A stretch of 64,000 bases of DNA from contig CAWIAD010000002.1 in the NCBI GenBank assembly GCA_963833985.1, forward strand, positions 1 to 64,000, read 5' to 3'. This DNA is from an uncultured Planctomycetaceae bacterium (GTDB lineage Bacteria; Planctomycetota; Planctomycetia; Isosphaerales; Isosphaeraceae). This document shows, in pieces, positions 40,133-52,132 of this stretch; positions within the stretch are counted from its first letter, which is position 1, and each line of letters opens with the position of its first letter. Below the pieces are notes generated by a model. The model did no database searches. It saw nothing but the letters and a program-made list of their open reading frames with translations, and was not told the DNA's origin. Made by a program: the position numbers and the translations under genes.

Positions 40133-43100
40133 TCAGCCCTTGTGCTGCGCGGCCCGCTCCGCCTCCTGCACCAGGTGCTCGACGATGCTGTCGAGCGCCT
40201 CGCCCTCGACTTCCTTCGCCCGGATGATCCCCTGGGCATCGATGACGAACACCGAGGGGATTTCGTTGACCCGCCACCCGCGATGGATCGGCCCGCTCTC
40301 CGGGCCTTCCCACCAGCACGGCCAGGTGACCAGCCCCTCCTGGATAGCCCTCTTCAGCGTTTCCTTCTCGAAATCGTAGCTCACGCTCAGCACGGCAAGC
40401 GGGCGGTTCTTCATTCTCTGGACGAGACCCCGCTCGATCCCGTATTTGGCGTCGTGCGAATCGCTCATGGTGAAGACCAGGACCACCACCTTCCCTCGGT
40501 AGTCGCTCAGCTTCATCGGTCGTGCGTCGACATCGGGTGCGTCGATCTGAGGGGCTGGCTTGCCGCGTGCCAGCTCGCGAAGCTTGAAGATTTCATTGCG
40601 TGCTATCTCGACCGCCGGCTCGTTATGAACGGAGATGTCGCCGTACTGCTCGGCCAGCCGCGTATAGAGTTGCACGGCCTCGGACTCGAGCGATTCTGGC
40701 AAACCCGGCCGGGCGTCGTGGGGCGCGGTGCCGCCACACGCGCGGGCGAACAGCAGCCGCCATGCGTCCGGGTGTGGCTCCATCAGCTTGCGCAGTTCCC
40801 GGGCCTTGTACTTGAGATGCTCGGCAAGGCGGCAGCAGGCGGCTCCTTGAGCGCTATGGGTCGGAGCGCTGGCCAGACCAGCCCGCAGGAGCTTTTCCCC
40901 GGCTTGAGAATGGACCAGGTGCGGCGAACCGAGCTCCGCGTAGAGCGATCGCAACTCCTCATGAGCGACGTGGTCGCGGATCAAGAGGTCGGCGGCTTGT
41001 TCCGAATCGCCTGGAGTGAACTCGTTGGTCGCCACGTGAATCAACGCATCCACGGCGACCGGATCGCCCGCGTGCTTCTCGGCCAGTGCGAGAAAGCGTC
41101 TGGCATAGGCCGATTGAACGTGAGCCAGATTCTCCATGGCGGCCTTCTGCTCGCTCTCGGTCCGCGCCTTCATCATCGCCTCGTCCGCCCCGCGGCGTTT
41201 TGCCGCGTACTCGGCTGCAAGGGCAAGATAATCCGCTTTCGGCACGCGCGTCACCGATTCGGCAAGCCTGGGATAGGGCACCGGGCCGGCGCTGCTGTCC
41301 TTCCACGGCTCGCCCATCCGCCGCTCCCGCACCACGCCGTTGGACCGGATCAGGCTACCCCACGGCTGCTTGCGCGTGTCCCAGCCGCCATAGCCATCCG
41401 GGAATGGCAGATCGCTGAGCGTGAAGACGGCCGCCGGAATTTTGGCCCCCGTGTTGGCGTGCAGGTTCGTCACCCGCAGGTCCACTTCCTTTGTGGGCCG
41501 CATCTCCGCGCCGATGAACGCGGTCTTGACGTAGTGCCGGGGATACCAGACGCCGTCGGTCTTCGTCCATTCGCAGGTCTCCTCGCCCCAGGTCATCTTC
41601 TTGGCGTTTTGCACGGTGCCGTACTTGCAGTTGAGCGGCAAGCTGTCGACCGACTTGCCGCAGGTGATCTCCATCCAGCCGGTGTTCCTGGAAAAGCTCA
41701 TGGAGAAGTTGATTGTGCTGGCGTCCTCGCGTGATTCGATCGACTTTTGATTGCCCCAGAACTCCTTCAGCGTCATCGGCTCGGGCCGGAAGCACGACGC
41801 GTAATAGATCCAGGGGTCGAGATCGTGTCCATTCCGCCATGCGTCCCGGTCCTTTGGCGGCGGATCGACCTGGAGCACCACGCCATACGCGTCGTGATCC
41901 TGAATCTTCGCGAACAGCTCTCGGGTCCGCAGTGTGCTGTAGGTTCCCGGGGGCCTGGGTACCGGGTTGCCTTCCTTGTCGATCTGCTGGGGAAGTTCTC
42001 CCTCGAAGTCGTAGCGCACGGCCCCTTCGTTCCAGTACAGCCGGCCCTTGTAGGGATAGGCCTTGAACTTGAAGTGGTTCTTGCCGTCGTTGAAGAACTG
42101 TTCGCGCACGAGGTCGAAATCGTAGCTCAGGCGGTGCAGGGCGGCGTAGTTCTCCAGCGCCGAGCGGGCGCAGCGCTTGAGCCGGTCGCGGGTGGCCGCA
42201 TCGGCGTTGGAAAGCCGATCGACCCACGACCAGTCGTCGTTCACAGTCCGCTCGAACGGGCCAGGCTGCTCCGGGAAGGCAAACCGCGCCGTGGCCACGG
42301 CGGCCGCGCCGATGGTTGCGGCCAGGACCAGGCTCATGGTAAGCACCGACCCCGCGGCCGTGAGCTTGCCGACGAACAGTGATTTCGACACGTTTTCGGC
42401 CAGAGATGCCAGCGTGGGGGGAACAATCGCGGCAGCCGCCCCAACGGAGACGTACTCGACCGCGGCACGGGCCGTGGCGGCGACGAGCCCGGGCGGGACG
42501 GCCGCCGTGGCCGCGTCGCTGGTGAAGACCGCGGCCACCGCCCCTGCCGAAAACCCAAGGCCGCGGCGGACCAGCCGCTTCCGCAGCTTCTCGCGGGCCC
42601 GCACCAGCCGGCTCGACACCGTGCCCACCGGCAGCCCGAGGATGCGAGCGGCCTCCACATGGGTCTTGCCTTCCAGGTCGCAGAGCACGACTGGGCCGCG
42701 GAACGCGTCGGAGAGACGGCTCAGCTCCACGTCCAGCGCGGCACGCAGCTCGTCCAGGTCCTCGTCCGATGCGTTCTCGTCTCGTGTCATGGCGCTCACC
42801 TGCCCTTCACGTGTCAGACGGCGGGCCCTCACCACACTTTGTTCCCGAGCCGTTCGCACGGCGACGCCATACAGCCAGTTGGCCAGCAGCTCGCGCCGGC
42901 CGATCGAGCGGGCCTTGCGGGCGAGGACCAGGAACGTGGCCTGGAACGCGTCCTCGGCGTCGTCCGGATGGCGCAGGATGCGCCGGCAGACGGCCAGGAC
43001 CATTGGCCCATGCCGTTCCACCAGGGACGCGAACGCATCCTCCGCCTCCGGGCCGTTCACCGCCAGAAAACGTTCCAGTAATTGCGGATCGCTCAGGCCG

Positions 43101-43168
43101 CCCAGCGATCCGCTCCGCAGCAGCGTCTCCAGATCATGAGCCGCGGCGCCGGATGATGCTCGCGTCAT
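40133..43168 (-). CDS. Planctomycete-type extended ECF sigma-70 factor with TM segment and C-terminal redoxin-like domain
   Basis: Motifs [31 protein letters not shown] and GTVSSRLVRARE; C-terminal GKPAPQID...LSDYRGKVVVL...IPSVFVIDAQGIIR. Confidence 0.9.
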   Translation of the reverse strand: MTRASSGAAAHDLETLLRSGSLGGLSDPQLLERFLAVNGPEAEDAFASLVERHGPMVLAVCRRILRHPDDAEDAFQATFLVLARKARSIGRRELLANWLYGVAVRTAREQSVVRARRLTREGQVSAMTRDENASDEDLDELRAALDVELSRLSDAFRGPVVLCDLEGKTHVEAARILGLPVGTVSSRLVRAREKLRKRLVRRGLGFSAGAVAAVFTSDAATAAVPPGLVAATARAAVEYVSVGAAAAIVPPTLASLAENVSKSLFVGKLTAAGSVLTMSLVLAATIGAAAVATARFAFPEQPGPFERTVNDDWSWVDRLSNADAATRDRLKRCARSALENYAALHRLSYDFDLVREQFFNDGKNHFKFKAYPYKGRLYWNEGAVRYDFEGELPQQIDKEGNPVPRPPGTYSTLRTRELFAKIQDHDAYGVVLQVDPPPKDRDAWRNGHDLDPWIYYASCFRPEPMTLKEFWGNQKSIESREDASTINFSMSFSRNTGWMEITCGKSVDSLPLNCKYGTVQNAKKMTWGEETCEWTKTDGVWYPRHYVKTAFIGAEMRPTKEVDLRVTNLHANTGAKIPAAVFTLSDLPFPDGYGGWDTRKQPWGSLIRSNGVVRERRMGEPWKDSSAGPVPYPRLAESVTRVPKADYLALAAEYAAKRRGADEAMMKARTESEQKAAMENLAHVQSAYARRFLALAEKHAGDPVAVDALIHVATNEFTPGDSEQAADLLIRDHVAHEELRSLYAELGSPHLVHSQAGEKLLRAGLASAPTHSAQGAACCRLAEHLKYKARELRKLMEPHPDAWRLLFARACGGTAPHDARPGLPESLESEAVQLYTRLAEQYGDISVHNEPAVEIARNEIFKLRELARGKPAPQIDAPDVDARPMKLSDYRGKVVVLVFTMSDSHDAKYGIERGLVQRMKNRPLAVLSVSYDFEKETLKRAIQEGLVTWPCWWEGPESGPIHRGWRVNEIPSVFVIDAQGIIRAKEVEGEALDSIVEHLVQEAERAAQHKG

Positions 43169-43300
43169 GGTTTGCCTCCTTCCCCAACCGAACGGGTCTT
43201 TTCCCCGTGTCATACTGGGGCGGCAGGGGACGACGCATCCCGGGTCGTCCCCGAGCGGCTCGGTTCGCGCACCGGCATGTCTCTTGCGCCGACGCACGCA

Positions 43301-44302
43301 TCACCGCGCCGGCGGTCTCCGCGGCAGCGACCACCAGACGGCGTCGAAGGCGGCCTTCGTCTCGTCATCGAGCGTCAGGTCGGCGGCCGGCAGGGTGTCG
43401 GCAAGCTGCTCCGGCCGGCTGGCACCCACGATGGCCGAGGTGATGCCGGGCTGCGCCAGCACCCAGGCGACGCTGGCCGTGGCCAGGTTCAGGGACCGCT
43501 CGTCGCAGAAGGCCTTCAGGCTGGCAACCGCCTCGAACTGGGCCGAATGCCAGTAGCGCTCGCGGTACAGCTCGCCCGCGGCTCCCAGCGTGAACCGCGT
43601 GCCGGCGGCCGGAGGCGCGTTGCCCTGGTGCTTGCCGGTGAGGAACCCGCCGGCCAGCGGGTTGTACACGATCACGCCGACTCCCTGGTCGCGGCACAGG
43701 GGCAAGAGCTCAGTCTCGATATCGCGGAAGAGCGCGTTGTACCGGGGCTGAAGGCAATCGTAGCGCGCCAGTCCCAGCCGCTCACTGGTGCCAATCGCCA
43801 GGGCGAGCTGCCAGGCGAGATAATTCGAGCAGCCGACGTAGCGGACCTTCCCCTGGCGCACCAGGTCGTCGAACGCGCGCAGGGTCTCCTCGATGAGCGT
43901 CTCGGCATCCGGCGAGTGCGCCTGGTAAAGGTCGATGTGGTCCGTCCTGAGCCGCCTCAGGCTGGCCTCGCAGGCGCGGAGGATGTGCCTGCGCGACAGC
44001 CCCTGGTCATTCGGGCCATGGCCCACGCGTACGCGGCACTTGGTGGCCAGCACCAGCGCCTCGCGCCGGCCGGGCTCTGCCGCCAGCCAGCCGCCGATGA
44101 CCTCCTCGGTGAAGCCGGCCGTCTCGGGCTCGGGCGGAATCGGGTACGCGTCGGCCGTGTCGATGAAGGTCACGCCGCGCTCGTAGGCCTCATCAAGGAT
44201 CCTCCGCGACGTGGCCTCGCTGGCCTGCCCGGCGAAGGTCATCGTTCCCAGGCAGATACTCGAGACCTTGAGGCCGGTCCGGCCCATCCTGCGCTGCTGC
44301 AT
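43301..44302 (-). CDS. Aldo/keto reductase
   Basis: Motifs GRTGLKVSSICLGTMTF, FIDTADAY, SLRRLRTDHIDLYQAH and YNPLAGGFLTGK. Confidence 0.95.
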   Translation of the reverse strand: MQQRRMGRTGLKVSSICLGTMTFAGQASEATSRRILDEAYERGVTFIDTADAYPIPPEPETAGFTEEVIGGWLAAEPGRREALVLATKCRVRVGHGPNDQGLSRRHILRACEASLRRLRTDHIDLYQAHSPDAETLIEETLRAFDDLVRQGKVRYVGCSNYLAWQLALAIGTSERLGLARYDCLQPRYNALFRDIETELLPLCRDQGVGVIVYNPLAGGFLTGKHQGNAPPAAGTRFTLGAAGELYRERYWHSAQFEAVASLKAFCDERSLNLATASVAWVLAQPGITSAIVGASRPEQLADTLPAADLTLDDETKAAFDAVWWSLPRRPPAR

Positions 44303-44594
44303 GGTGGAAGCTCCTTGCAGGCAGGTCGATTGTCCTGAAACACCCGCCTGGAACTGCACGCATTTTACCGGCGTGGTCCACCCGGCGCAAGGCCCCGCGC
44401 ACCGGCGGACGCAATGGCGACCCCGGAAGGCCGCCGCGTGGCGGAGCCGGCGTACCCAGTCCCGGTCCGCACTGGCGGCAACTGGCCGGCCGCCTGGCGA
44501 AGGTCGCGAGACGACTTTGTCGGCCAGGGGGCCGAGATGGAAGTCGCACATCAAGCAGTTCCATACAACATCCATGGCTCGAAATGGGAGAACC

Positions 44595-47338
44595 TCAAAC
44601 GCGCCGCGGTGGAACAGTGGGCGGCCCCGAACGTGCCTCCGAACGTGCCACTTCCGGGGAATGACCTCGCTTGGCGGCGCATTCCTCGAACATGCGGGCG
44701 ACCAGGGCGGTCCACCCCGTCTGGTGGTTCGCCCCCAGACCTTGCCCGCTGTCCCCGTGGAAGTATTCGTAGAACCACACCAGGCCCTCCCAGTGCGGGT
44801 CGCCGGAAAACCGCCGCTCGGGCCCCTGGCAGGGGCGAACGCCGGCGGCGTCGGCCTGGAACAGCCGCGCCAGCCGCTCGCCGATTTCGTGAGTCACCTC
44901 GCCAAGGTGCTTGAGCCGGCCGGAGCCGGTGGGACACTCGACCCGGAACTCGTCGCCGTAAAAGTGGTGGTAGCGCTCAAGGGCCTCCATCAGCAGGTAG
45001 TTCACCGGGAACCAGACCGGCCCGCGCCAGTTCGAGTTGCCGCCAAAGTCCCGCGAGTCCATGTCGCCGGGCACGTACGCCACCCGATACTCCCTGCCGT
45101 CCGCCTGGAACACGTACGGCTGGTCGCGGTACACCGCCGAGAGCGACCGCACGCCGTGGGGTGACAGGAACTCCCGCTCGTCGAGCAGGTAGCGAAGCGC
45201 GCGCCCAGGCGCTCACGGCCGGCGAGGGCAAGCAGCATCCTGCGCTGCCCTACCTGGCCTTTCTGCTCCAGAACGGCGATGTGGCGGAACAGGTCCTTGC
45301 GATACTCCAGAAACCACTCCATCCGCTTTTGAAAACGCGGCAGGTTCGGCTGGATGACCGCTTCGTCCAGAACCTCCACGGCCAGGAGCGGAAGCCAGCC
45401 CACCAGGGAGCGCACCCGCAGGGGTACCGACACGTCGCCAGCCTTGAGATGGTCGTAGTAGAAGCCGTCTTCCTCGTGCCACAGACCGCTGCCGCCCAGG
45501 CTGTTCAGGGCGTCGGCAATCTGCACGAAATGCTCGAAGAACTTCGAGGCGATGTCCTCGTACGCTCGGTCATGCAGCGCCAGCTCTACTGCCATCGCCA
45601 GCATCGTGGTGCAGTAGAAACCCATCCAGGCCGTCCCGTCCGCCTGCTCCAGGAAGTCGCCGATCGGTAGCGGCCGCGAGCGGTCGAAGATGCCGATGTT
45701 GTCGAGCCCGAGGAACCCGCCGGAGAAGACGTTCCGCCCGCTCAGGTCGATGCGGTTGACCCACCAGGTGAAGTTCAGGAGCAGCTTCTGGAAGGCCCGC
45801 TTCAGGAAGCTGGTGTCCCGCCGCCCCTGCTCAGCGGCGATCTTGTACACCCGCCAGCAGGCATAGGCATGGACGGGAGGGTTGACGTTCGACAGGTCGT
45901 ACTCGAAGGCCGCGAGCTGGCCGCTGGGGTGCATGTACCACTCGCGGAGGAATAAAAGCAGCTGATGCTTGGCGAACTCCGGGTCGATGCGCGCCAGCGG
46001 GACCATGTGAAAGGCCATGTCCCAGGCGAAGAAGGCGGGATACTCCCACTTGTCCGGCACGCTCAGCACGTCCCGGCTGTAGAGGTGGTGGCACCACCCG
46101 GCATTCGGCTGGCGCCACCGGCTCTGGGGCGGTTTCGGCTGGTGCTGGTCCCCTTCGAGCCACTCCGAGACGACCCAGTGGTAGAACTGCTTCGACCACA
46201 GCAGCCCGGCGTAGGCCTGCCGCGCAATGAGCCGCTCATCAGCGCTGAGATTCTCCGGGATGCGGGCCGCGTAGAAGGCATCGGCCTCGCGGACCCGCTT
46301 CTCGAAGAGCTGGTCGAACTCATGGCCAAAAGGGAGAGCGATGGCCTCGTCCTCGGCGCTGAGGCGCAGGCAGAGGGTGTGCTGCGCCCTGGGCGGGAGC
46401 TCCAGCAGGTAATGGGCTGCCGCCTTCGTCCCCCGCCCCCCGGGGCTCACCACACCGCGCTTGCCGTGGACCACGTACTCGTGGAAGGCGTCCTTGACGT
46501 ACGGATTGGGGTTGGCCGCCCCGTGAACGCGCGCGAGGTTCGTCTCGTTCTCGGTGAAGAGCAAGACGGGCGATCTGCCGTCGGGGCCGGGTGCCAACCG
46601 GAGCCGGAAGCGGCCGAGCGTGGCGTGCTCGGCTGCAACGGCATCCTCGCCGGCCTGCTCCAGGCTGGGCCGCGGCCACCGGCCCTCCTCGTGAACGCTG
46701 CCCCACGACCAGGTGTTGCGGAACCAGAGAGTGGGGAGCACGTGCAGCCGCGCAGCCTGGGGGCCGCGGTTGGCGACCGTGATGCGGATGAGGATGTCGT
46801 CGGGACCGCCCTTGGCGTACTCGGCCAGCACATCGAAGTAGCGGCCGTCGTCAAGGACGCCCGTCTCGACCAGCTCGAATTCGGGCTCCGTCCGGCTCCG
46901 GCGGCGATTCTCGTCCAGCAGCCAGGCGTAGGGGAACTCGGCCTGGGGGTACTTGTAGAGCGCTTTCAGGTAGGAGTGGGTCGGGGTGGAATCCAGGTAG
47001 AAGTAGCACTCCTTGACGTCCTCCGAGTGGTTCCCTTCCGGGTTGGTCAGGCCGAAGAGCCGTTCCTTGAGGATGGGGTCGCGCTCGTTCCAGAGGGCCA
47101 GGGCGAAGCACAGGCGGCACTCGCGGTCGGCGATGCCAAGCAGGCCGTCCTCGCCCCAGCGGTAGGCGCGGCTGCGGGCGTGTTCGTGGGGGAAGTAGTC
47201 CCAGCAATTGCCGTCTGGCGAATAGTCCTCACGGACGGTCGCCCACTGCCGCTCCGAGAGGTACGGTCCCCACCGCTTCCAGTTCTTTTCGCGGACGGCG
47301 TCCGCTTGCAGTCGCCGCGCCTCCGGGTCCTGGCTCAT
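44595..47338 (-). CDS. GH63 / MGH1-like glucosidase; frameshift near 45200
   Basis: Motifs WKRWGPYLSERQWATVREDYS, PDKWEYP, GGFLGLDNIG, FGGNSNWRGPVWFPVN and GLGANHQTGWT. Confidence 0.92.
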
Positions 47339-47445
47339 GGTTCCACACTCGGATTGTCAATGCCGACAGCAAGCCCGGGATACTCGTGAGACCAGGCCGG
47401 TGAGACCACGCCCGGCGTGCGCGCTGGCCAGGTCGCTCACCTGGC

Positions 47446-48033
47446 TCAGGCGATCTTGCACGCTTCGTCAAACTCCAGCCGCGGCAAGCGCGGATGGAGC
47501 TTGGCGGCGTCACCGTAGCCAAGGTTGCAGAGGAAATTGGATTTCACCGTCGTCCCGGCAAAGAACTCGGCATCGACCGTGGCGTTGTTGAAGCCGGACA
47601 TGGGCCCGCAATCGAGGCCCAGCGCGCGTGCCGCCAGCATGAAATAGGCACCCTGAAGTGACGAGTTCCGCAGCGCGATGTACTCCAGCACGTGTTCCGG
47701 CAGGTCCTTGAACCAGGCTCGCGCGTCGGTGTGCGGGAAGAGCCTGGGGAGCTGCTCGCGGAACTGGATCTCCATCCCCAGAATGGCGGTGACCGGCGCC
47801 GCCATGGTCTTGGCCAGGTTGCCGGCGTTCAGGGCGGGTTTCAGCCTCTCCTTCGCCTCCGCCGACTTCACGAAGACGATGCGCAGCGGGCACATGTTCG
47901 CCGAGGTCGGCCCCAGCCTGGCAAGGTCGTAGACCTGCCTCAACAGGTCGTCGGCCACCGGCCGGTCCAGCCAGGTATCGTGTGTCCTGGCCTTGCGAAA
48001 GATGAGGTCCAGACACTCCTCGTTCATCTCCAT
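47446..48033 (-). CDS. rutE: Malonic semialdehyde reductase (RutE-type nitroreductase family)
   Basis: Motifs [43 protein letters not shown] and NFLCNLGYG. Confidence 0.9.
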   Translation of the reverse strand: MEMNEECLDLIFRKARTHDTWLDRPVADDLLRQVYDLARLGPTSANMCPLRIVFVKSAEAKERLKPALNAGNLAKTMAAPVTAILGMEIQFREQLPRLFPHTDARAWFKDLPEHVLEYIALRNSSLQGAYFMLAARALGLDCGPMSGFNNATVDAEFFAGTTVKSNFLCNLGYGDAAKLHPRLPRLEFDEACKIA

Positions 48034-48477
48034 TTCCAGCCCTCCCGTGTATCCCGTCCAGCCCGGCAGCAATGTCCCGCGAGCGGAAGGCCGCAGGCAT
48101 GCGAGGTACGCACCTGAGCCTGCCTGCACAGGCGATGCGTTTCCCCGTCGTCAAACGACTCCGAGGATTGTCCAGGGCCGCGGGCGCCCAGGCAAGGACA
48201 ATCAGGAGTAGACCCAGCAGTCGTGTCACCAGCCTCCATCTGGCGCGGGTGCTTTTAGTCTGAGCGTGATCGCAGCAGCTCCAACACGGACTGAGCGTGT
48301 GGCCTCAAGGCCAGTTCGCCCGGAGCGACGCCTGCCTATCGCATCTTTGCCTTTGGGTCTATGCTGAAGGATAGTCGTCCGTCCTCAGGGTGGTCTCGCC
48401 CGGGTGAAGCCGGGGCAAAGGCGTTTCGTGGTCGATAGGGACCATGAGGGGCGGATGGCCGGGGACGACCGCTTGCC

Positions 48478-49062
48478 ATGACCGAAGTGACCCGCATCCT
48501 CGCGGCGATCGAGCAAGGTGACCCGCAGGGTACCTTGCGGCTTCTCCCGCTGGTGTACGACGAACTGCGTAGATTGGCTGCCCAGCGGTTGGCGCAGGAG
48601 AAGCCCGGGCAAACGCTCCAGGCCACGGCCTTGGTCCACGAAGCGTACCTCCGTTTGCTGGGTGGCGAGCACGACCAGAACTGGCACAGTCAGGGCCATT
48701 TCTTCTCCGCTGCGGCCGAGGCCATGCGCCGCATCCTGGTCGATAATGCCCGCCGCAAACGTACCCGTAAGCGCGGTGGCAGACTGATGCGCCATGACCT
48801 TGACGATGTCCAACTGGCTGCACCGGAACTCGGCGAAGATCTGCTGGCCCTGGACGAAGCCCTCGACCTGTTGGGTAAGGAAGACCCGGTCAAAGCCGAG
48901 CTGGTCAGGTTGCGCCATTACGCAGGTCTCACGGTCGATCAGGCAGCCGAGGCGCTTCACATTTCACCCGCCACCGCCGATCGATACTGGGCCTATGCGC
49001 GAGCCTGGCTACATGACGCCATCACGGGCGGTGCGGCATCCGGGTCAGACAGCCTCGCATAA
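48478..49062 (+). CDS. ECF-type sigma factor (planctomycete, STK-associated family)
   Basis: Motifs LLPLVYDELRRLAA, QTLQATALVHEAYLRL, AMRRILVD and WAYARAWL. Confidence 0.93.
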   Translation: MTEVTRILAAIEQGDPQGTLRLLPLVYDELRRLAAQRLAQEKPGQTLQATALVHEAYLRLLGGEHDQNWHSQGHFFSAAAEAMRRILVDNARRKRTRKRGGRLMRHDLDDVQLAAPELGEDLLALDEALDLLGKEDPVKAELVRLRHYAGLTVDQAAEALHISPATADRYWAYARAWLHDAITGGAASGSDSLA

Positions 49063-49163
49063 AAGCAAAGAAAAACCAGATAACCATGAGGTCGTCGAGC
49101 CCCGATTCTCGCATTGCAGGGTAAGGCCGATGACGCAGTGCTCCCTTTTCAGCGGTGTTCTTG

Positions 49164-51913
49164 ATGACCGTAGACGCAATCTTCGCCCAGGCGCTTGCGA
49201 AGAGCACAATGGCCGAGCGTACGGCTTACCTCGATGAGGCGTGTGCCCATGACCGGATGTTGCGTCAGCGGGTCGAGACATTACTCCGATCACACGAGGC
49301 AGCGGGCGACTTCCTGGGAAAGCCGGCCATTCAATGCGCGGCGGAGGAAATCGCGGGGCCCGCGTGTGTCGAGGATACGCAAGCCGAACCGCCCGTGGAC
49401 GATGGGGAACGGGAACCGCTCGGTTTCCTGGCGTCCTCCGACAAGCCCGGCTCCCTGGGCCGGCTGGGGCATTACGAGGTCCTCGAAATCATCGGCCGTG
49501 GCGGCATGGGCATCGTGCTGCGCGCCTTCGATGGAAAGCTGCACCGCGTGGTTGCTATCAAGGTCATGGCGGCCCAGCTGGCGACCAACGCGACCGCGCG
49601 GAAGCGTTTCACCCGCGAAGCCCAGGCCGCGGCCGCGGTCACGCACGACCATATCGTTACCATCCACGCCGTCGAGGAAGCCAACGGCCTACCTTACCTT
49701 GTCATGCAGTACGTGTCCGGCTTGACTCTCCAGCAACGGCTCGACCGCAGTGGGCCGTTGGAACTCAGAGAGATCGTCCGGATCGGTATGCAGACGGCCG
49801 CCGGCCTGGCCGCCGCCCACGCTCACGGCCTGATTCATCGCGACATCAAGCCGGCGAACATCCTTTTGGAAAACAGCATCGAGCGCGTGAAGATCACCGA
49901 CTTCGGCCTGGCTCGGGCAGCCGCGGATGCCAGCCTGACGCAGAGCTGGGTCGTCGCCGGAACACCGCATTACATGTCGCCGGAGCAGGCGCGCGGGGAA
50001 GTCGTCGATCAGCGCACCGATTTGTTCAGCCTCGGCAGCCTGCTGTATGCAATGTGTATGGGCCGACCGCCGTTCCGCGCCGACTCCATCATGGCCGTGC
50101 TCAAGCGCGTCTGCGAGGAGATGCCGAGTGGGATACGCGAGGCCAATGCTGAGATCCCCGACTGGTTGGTGGCCGTCGTCAATAAGCTGCTCGCGAAGGC
50201 CCCCGCCGATCGCTTCCAGTCGGCGGCCGAGGTTGCGGAGTTGCTGAAGGATCACCTGGCCCACTTGCAGCATCCCTCGGTTGTCGGGCGGGCCGCAGCG
50301 AATCTCGCTCCTCCCTCCGGGAGCGTCACCCGAGGCGAGGACGTTGGTTTCCAGCCAGCCCCGTGCCGGCGCCCCTGGACGCTGGTCGGTGCCGCGTTGC
50401 TGTTGTGCTGCGTCGGCGGCCTGGGATTCGCCGAGGGTACAGGCGTCACCAACCTTCGTGCCACGGTGATTCGCATCTTCACGCCTGAGGGGACGCTGAT
50501 CATCCAGGTGGATGATCCCGCCGTGAAGGTGACCATCGAAGGAGACGGCGGCATCGTCATCACAGGCGCCGGGCTGCAAGAAGTTCGCCTCAAGCCGGGC
50601 AGCTACAAACTGCATGCGGTCAAAGACGACAAGCCGGTGCGGCTCGATCAAGAATTGATCACAATCACTCGCGGCGATAAGCAGATGGTGAGGGTGCATC
50701 GGGAAGGCGAGGTGGCCGGGGCCAGGATCGCAGCCGACGCGGGGCCGGGCGCCTTCGCGCTCCTGGGCGGCAAAGGCGTCGCCGAGCGGAAGTTCGACAC
50801 ATTGGCCGAGGCGGTGCAGGGAGCCAGCGAAGGCGACACGATCGAGATCCACGGCAACGGGCCGTTCGTCAGCGAGCCGATCGCGATCTCAAATGCCCTC
50901 ACGATCCGGGCCGGCAAGGGATTCCGGCCCAGAATCATCCGATCAGAAACCCAGCCGCGCCATAACTTTCTGTTGGTGTCCGACGCGCCGCTGAATCTGG
51001 AAGGCCTCGAGCTGGAAATACCGGACTTTCGAGATCAGATGTTCAGGTCCGTGGTAATGTGCCGGCGTACCACGATTCAGGCGGCGCACTGTCGATTCCT
51101 GGTGCGGGGGATCGGGATCTCACTGAACTACGGAGATTCACTCATCGCGGTCGCGCGGAATTGCGAGTTCATCGGCGGAACTCATCCCGCCATTGGCGGC
51201 ATGAGTCTCCCGGCCGGGCGCAGCGGGTCATGGAGAACTGTGTCGTCGTCGGAATCACTCCCATGGCCATGTATTTCACGAACTCCGCCGGGAGTGACAT
51301 TTCCGTTCGCCTGATTCATAACACCTTCGTCGTCAACTGGAACCCGGTGATTTATTTCCGCCTGGGGGCAGCGGTCAAGATCCCGGTAGCAAATCAACAG
51401 CGTCGACCTCTCACGATTGACTTCTCGTCCAACATCTTGCAGGCGAAGAATCTGGTATGGCTCCATCAATTCACGAATGAAGACTCCATCGAGCCCGCGA
51501 AGGCCGAGGTCCTTTTCCGCCGCCTGGTCGACTGGCGCGAACACCAGAATCTCGAGAGTCTGAGAGGCGTCTACCTGGCATCGACGGTTGCCGAGGGATT
51601 TCCGGATTCGCAACGTCTCAAGAACCGGGCGGAGTGGGACAGGTTCTGGGGTTCGGACCACATGGGGGCTCGGGAGGGGCAAGTTCGCTATCAGGGTGGC
51701 AATCTCATGGCCAGATTCGCGAGGGAGCCGGAGAAACTCGGACCCGAGGACTTCCGTCTGAGGCCCGATAGTGACGGCTATCGCGCCGGTGACGATGGCA
51801 AGGACATCGGCGCAGATATCGACCTCGTTGGCCCGGGCCCGGCCTACGAGCGCTGGCAGCAGACCCCCGCGTACCAACAATGGCTCCAGGACACGGGGCA
51901 GGTGAACAAATAA
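49164..51913 (+). CDS. Membrane Ser/Thr protein kinase with extracytoplasmic beta-helix-like domain; frameshift near 51210
   Basis: Motifs IGRGGMG, VAIKV, HRDIKPANIL, DFGLA and GTPHYMSPEQ, followed by a TM segment. The C-terminus continues in ORF 51059-51913. Confidence 0.92.
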
Positions 51914-52132
51914 AGAAACGTTCGCCCATCTTCCATCGCAGCTCGTCAGACAGTAGTTCGTAGACGGCACGAGGAGCGCCGGTCAGGCCCTGCCTCCAGG
52001 TGGCGCCGAGAGCGCCGGGCGCCCGGTCTGCGCGCGGGCGGGGCGCCATGAGACTTCCGATGAATCGATTCGCGTGGAGTTCATCCGACGGTCGCATTTT
52101 TCCCTTGGGTCAAGCACATCGGACCTTTTGAC

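Noticed and set aside
48130..48229. Signal-peptide-like start MTRLLGLLLIVLAWAPAA
   Set aside because: It runs off-frame into rutE. At best it is a tiny remnant and cannot be supported as a gene.
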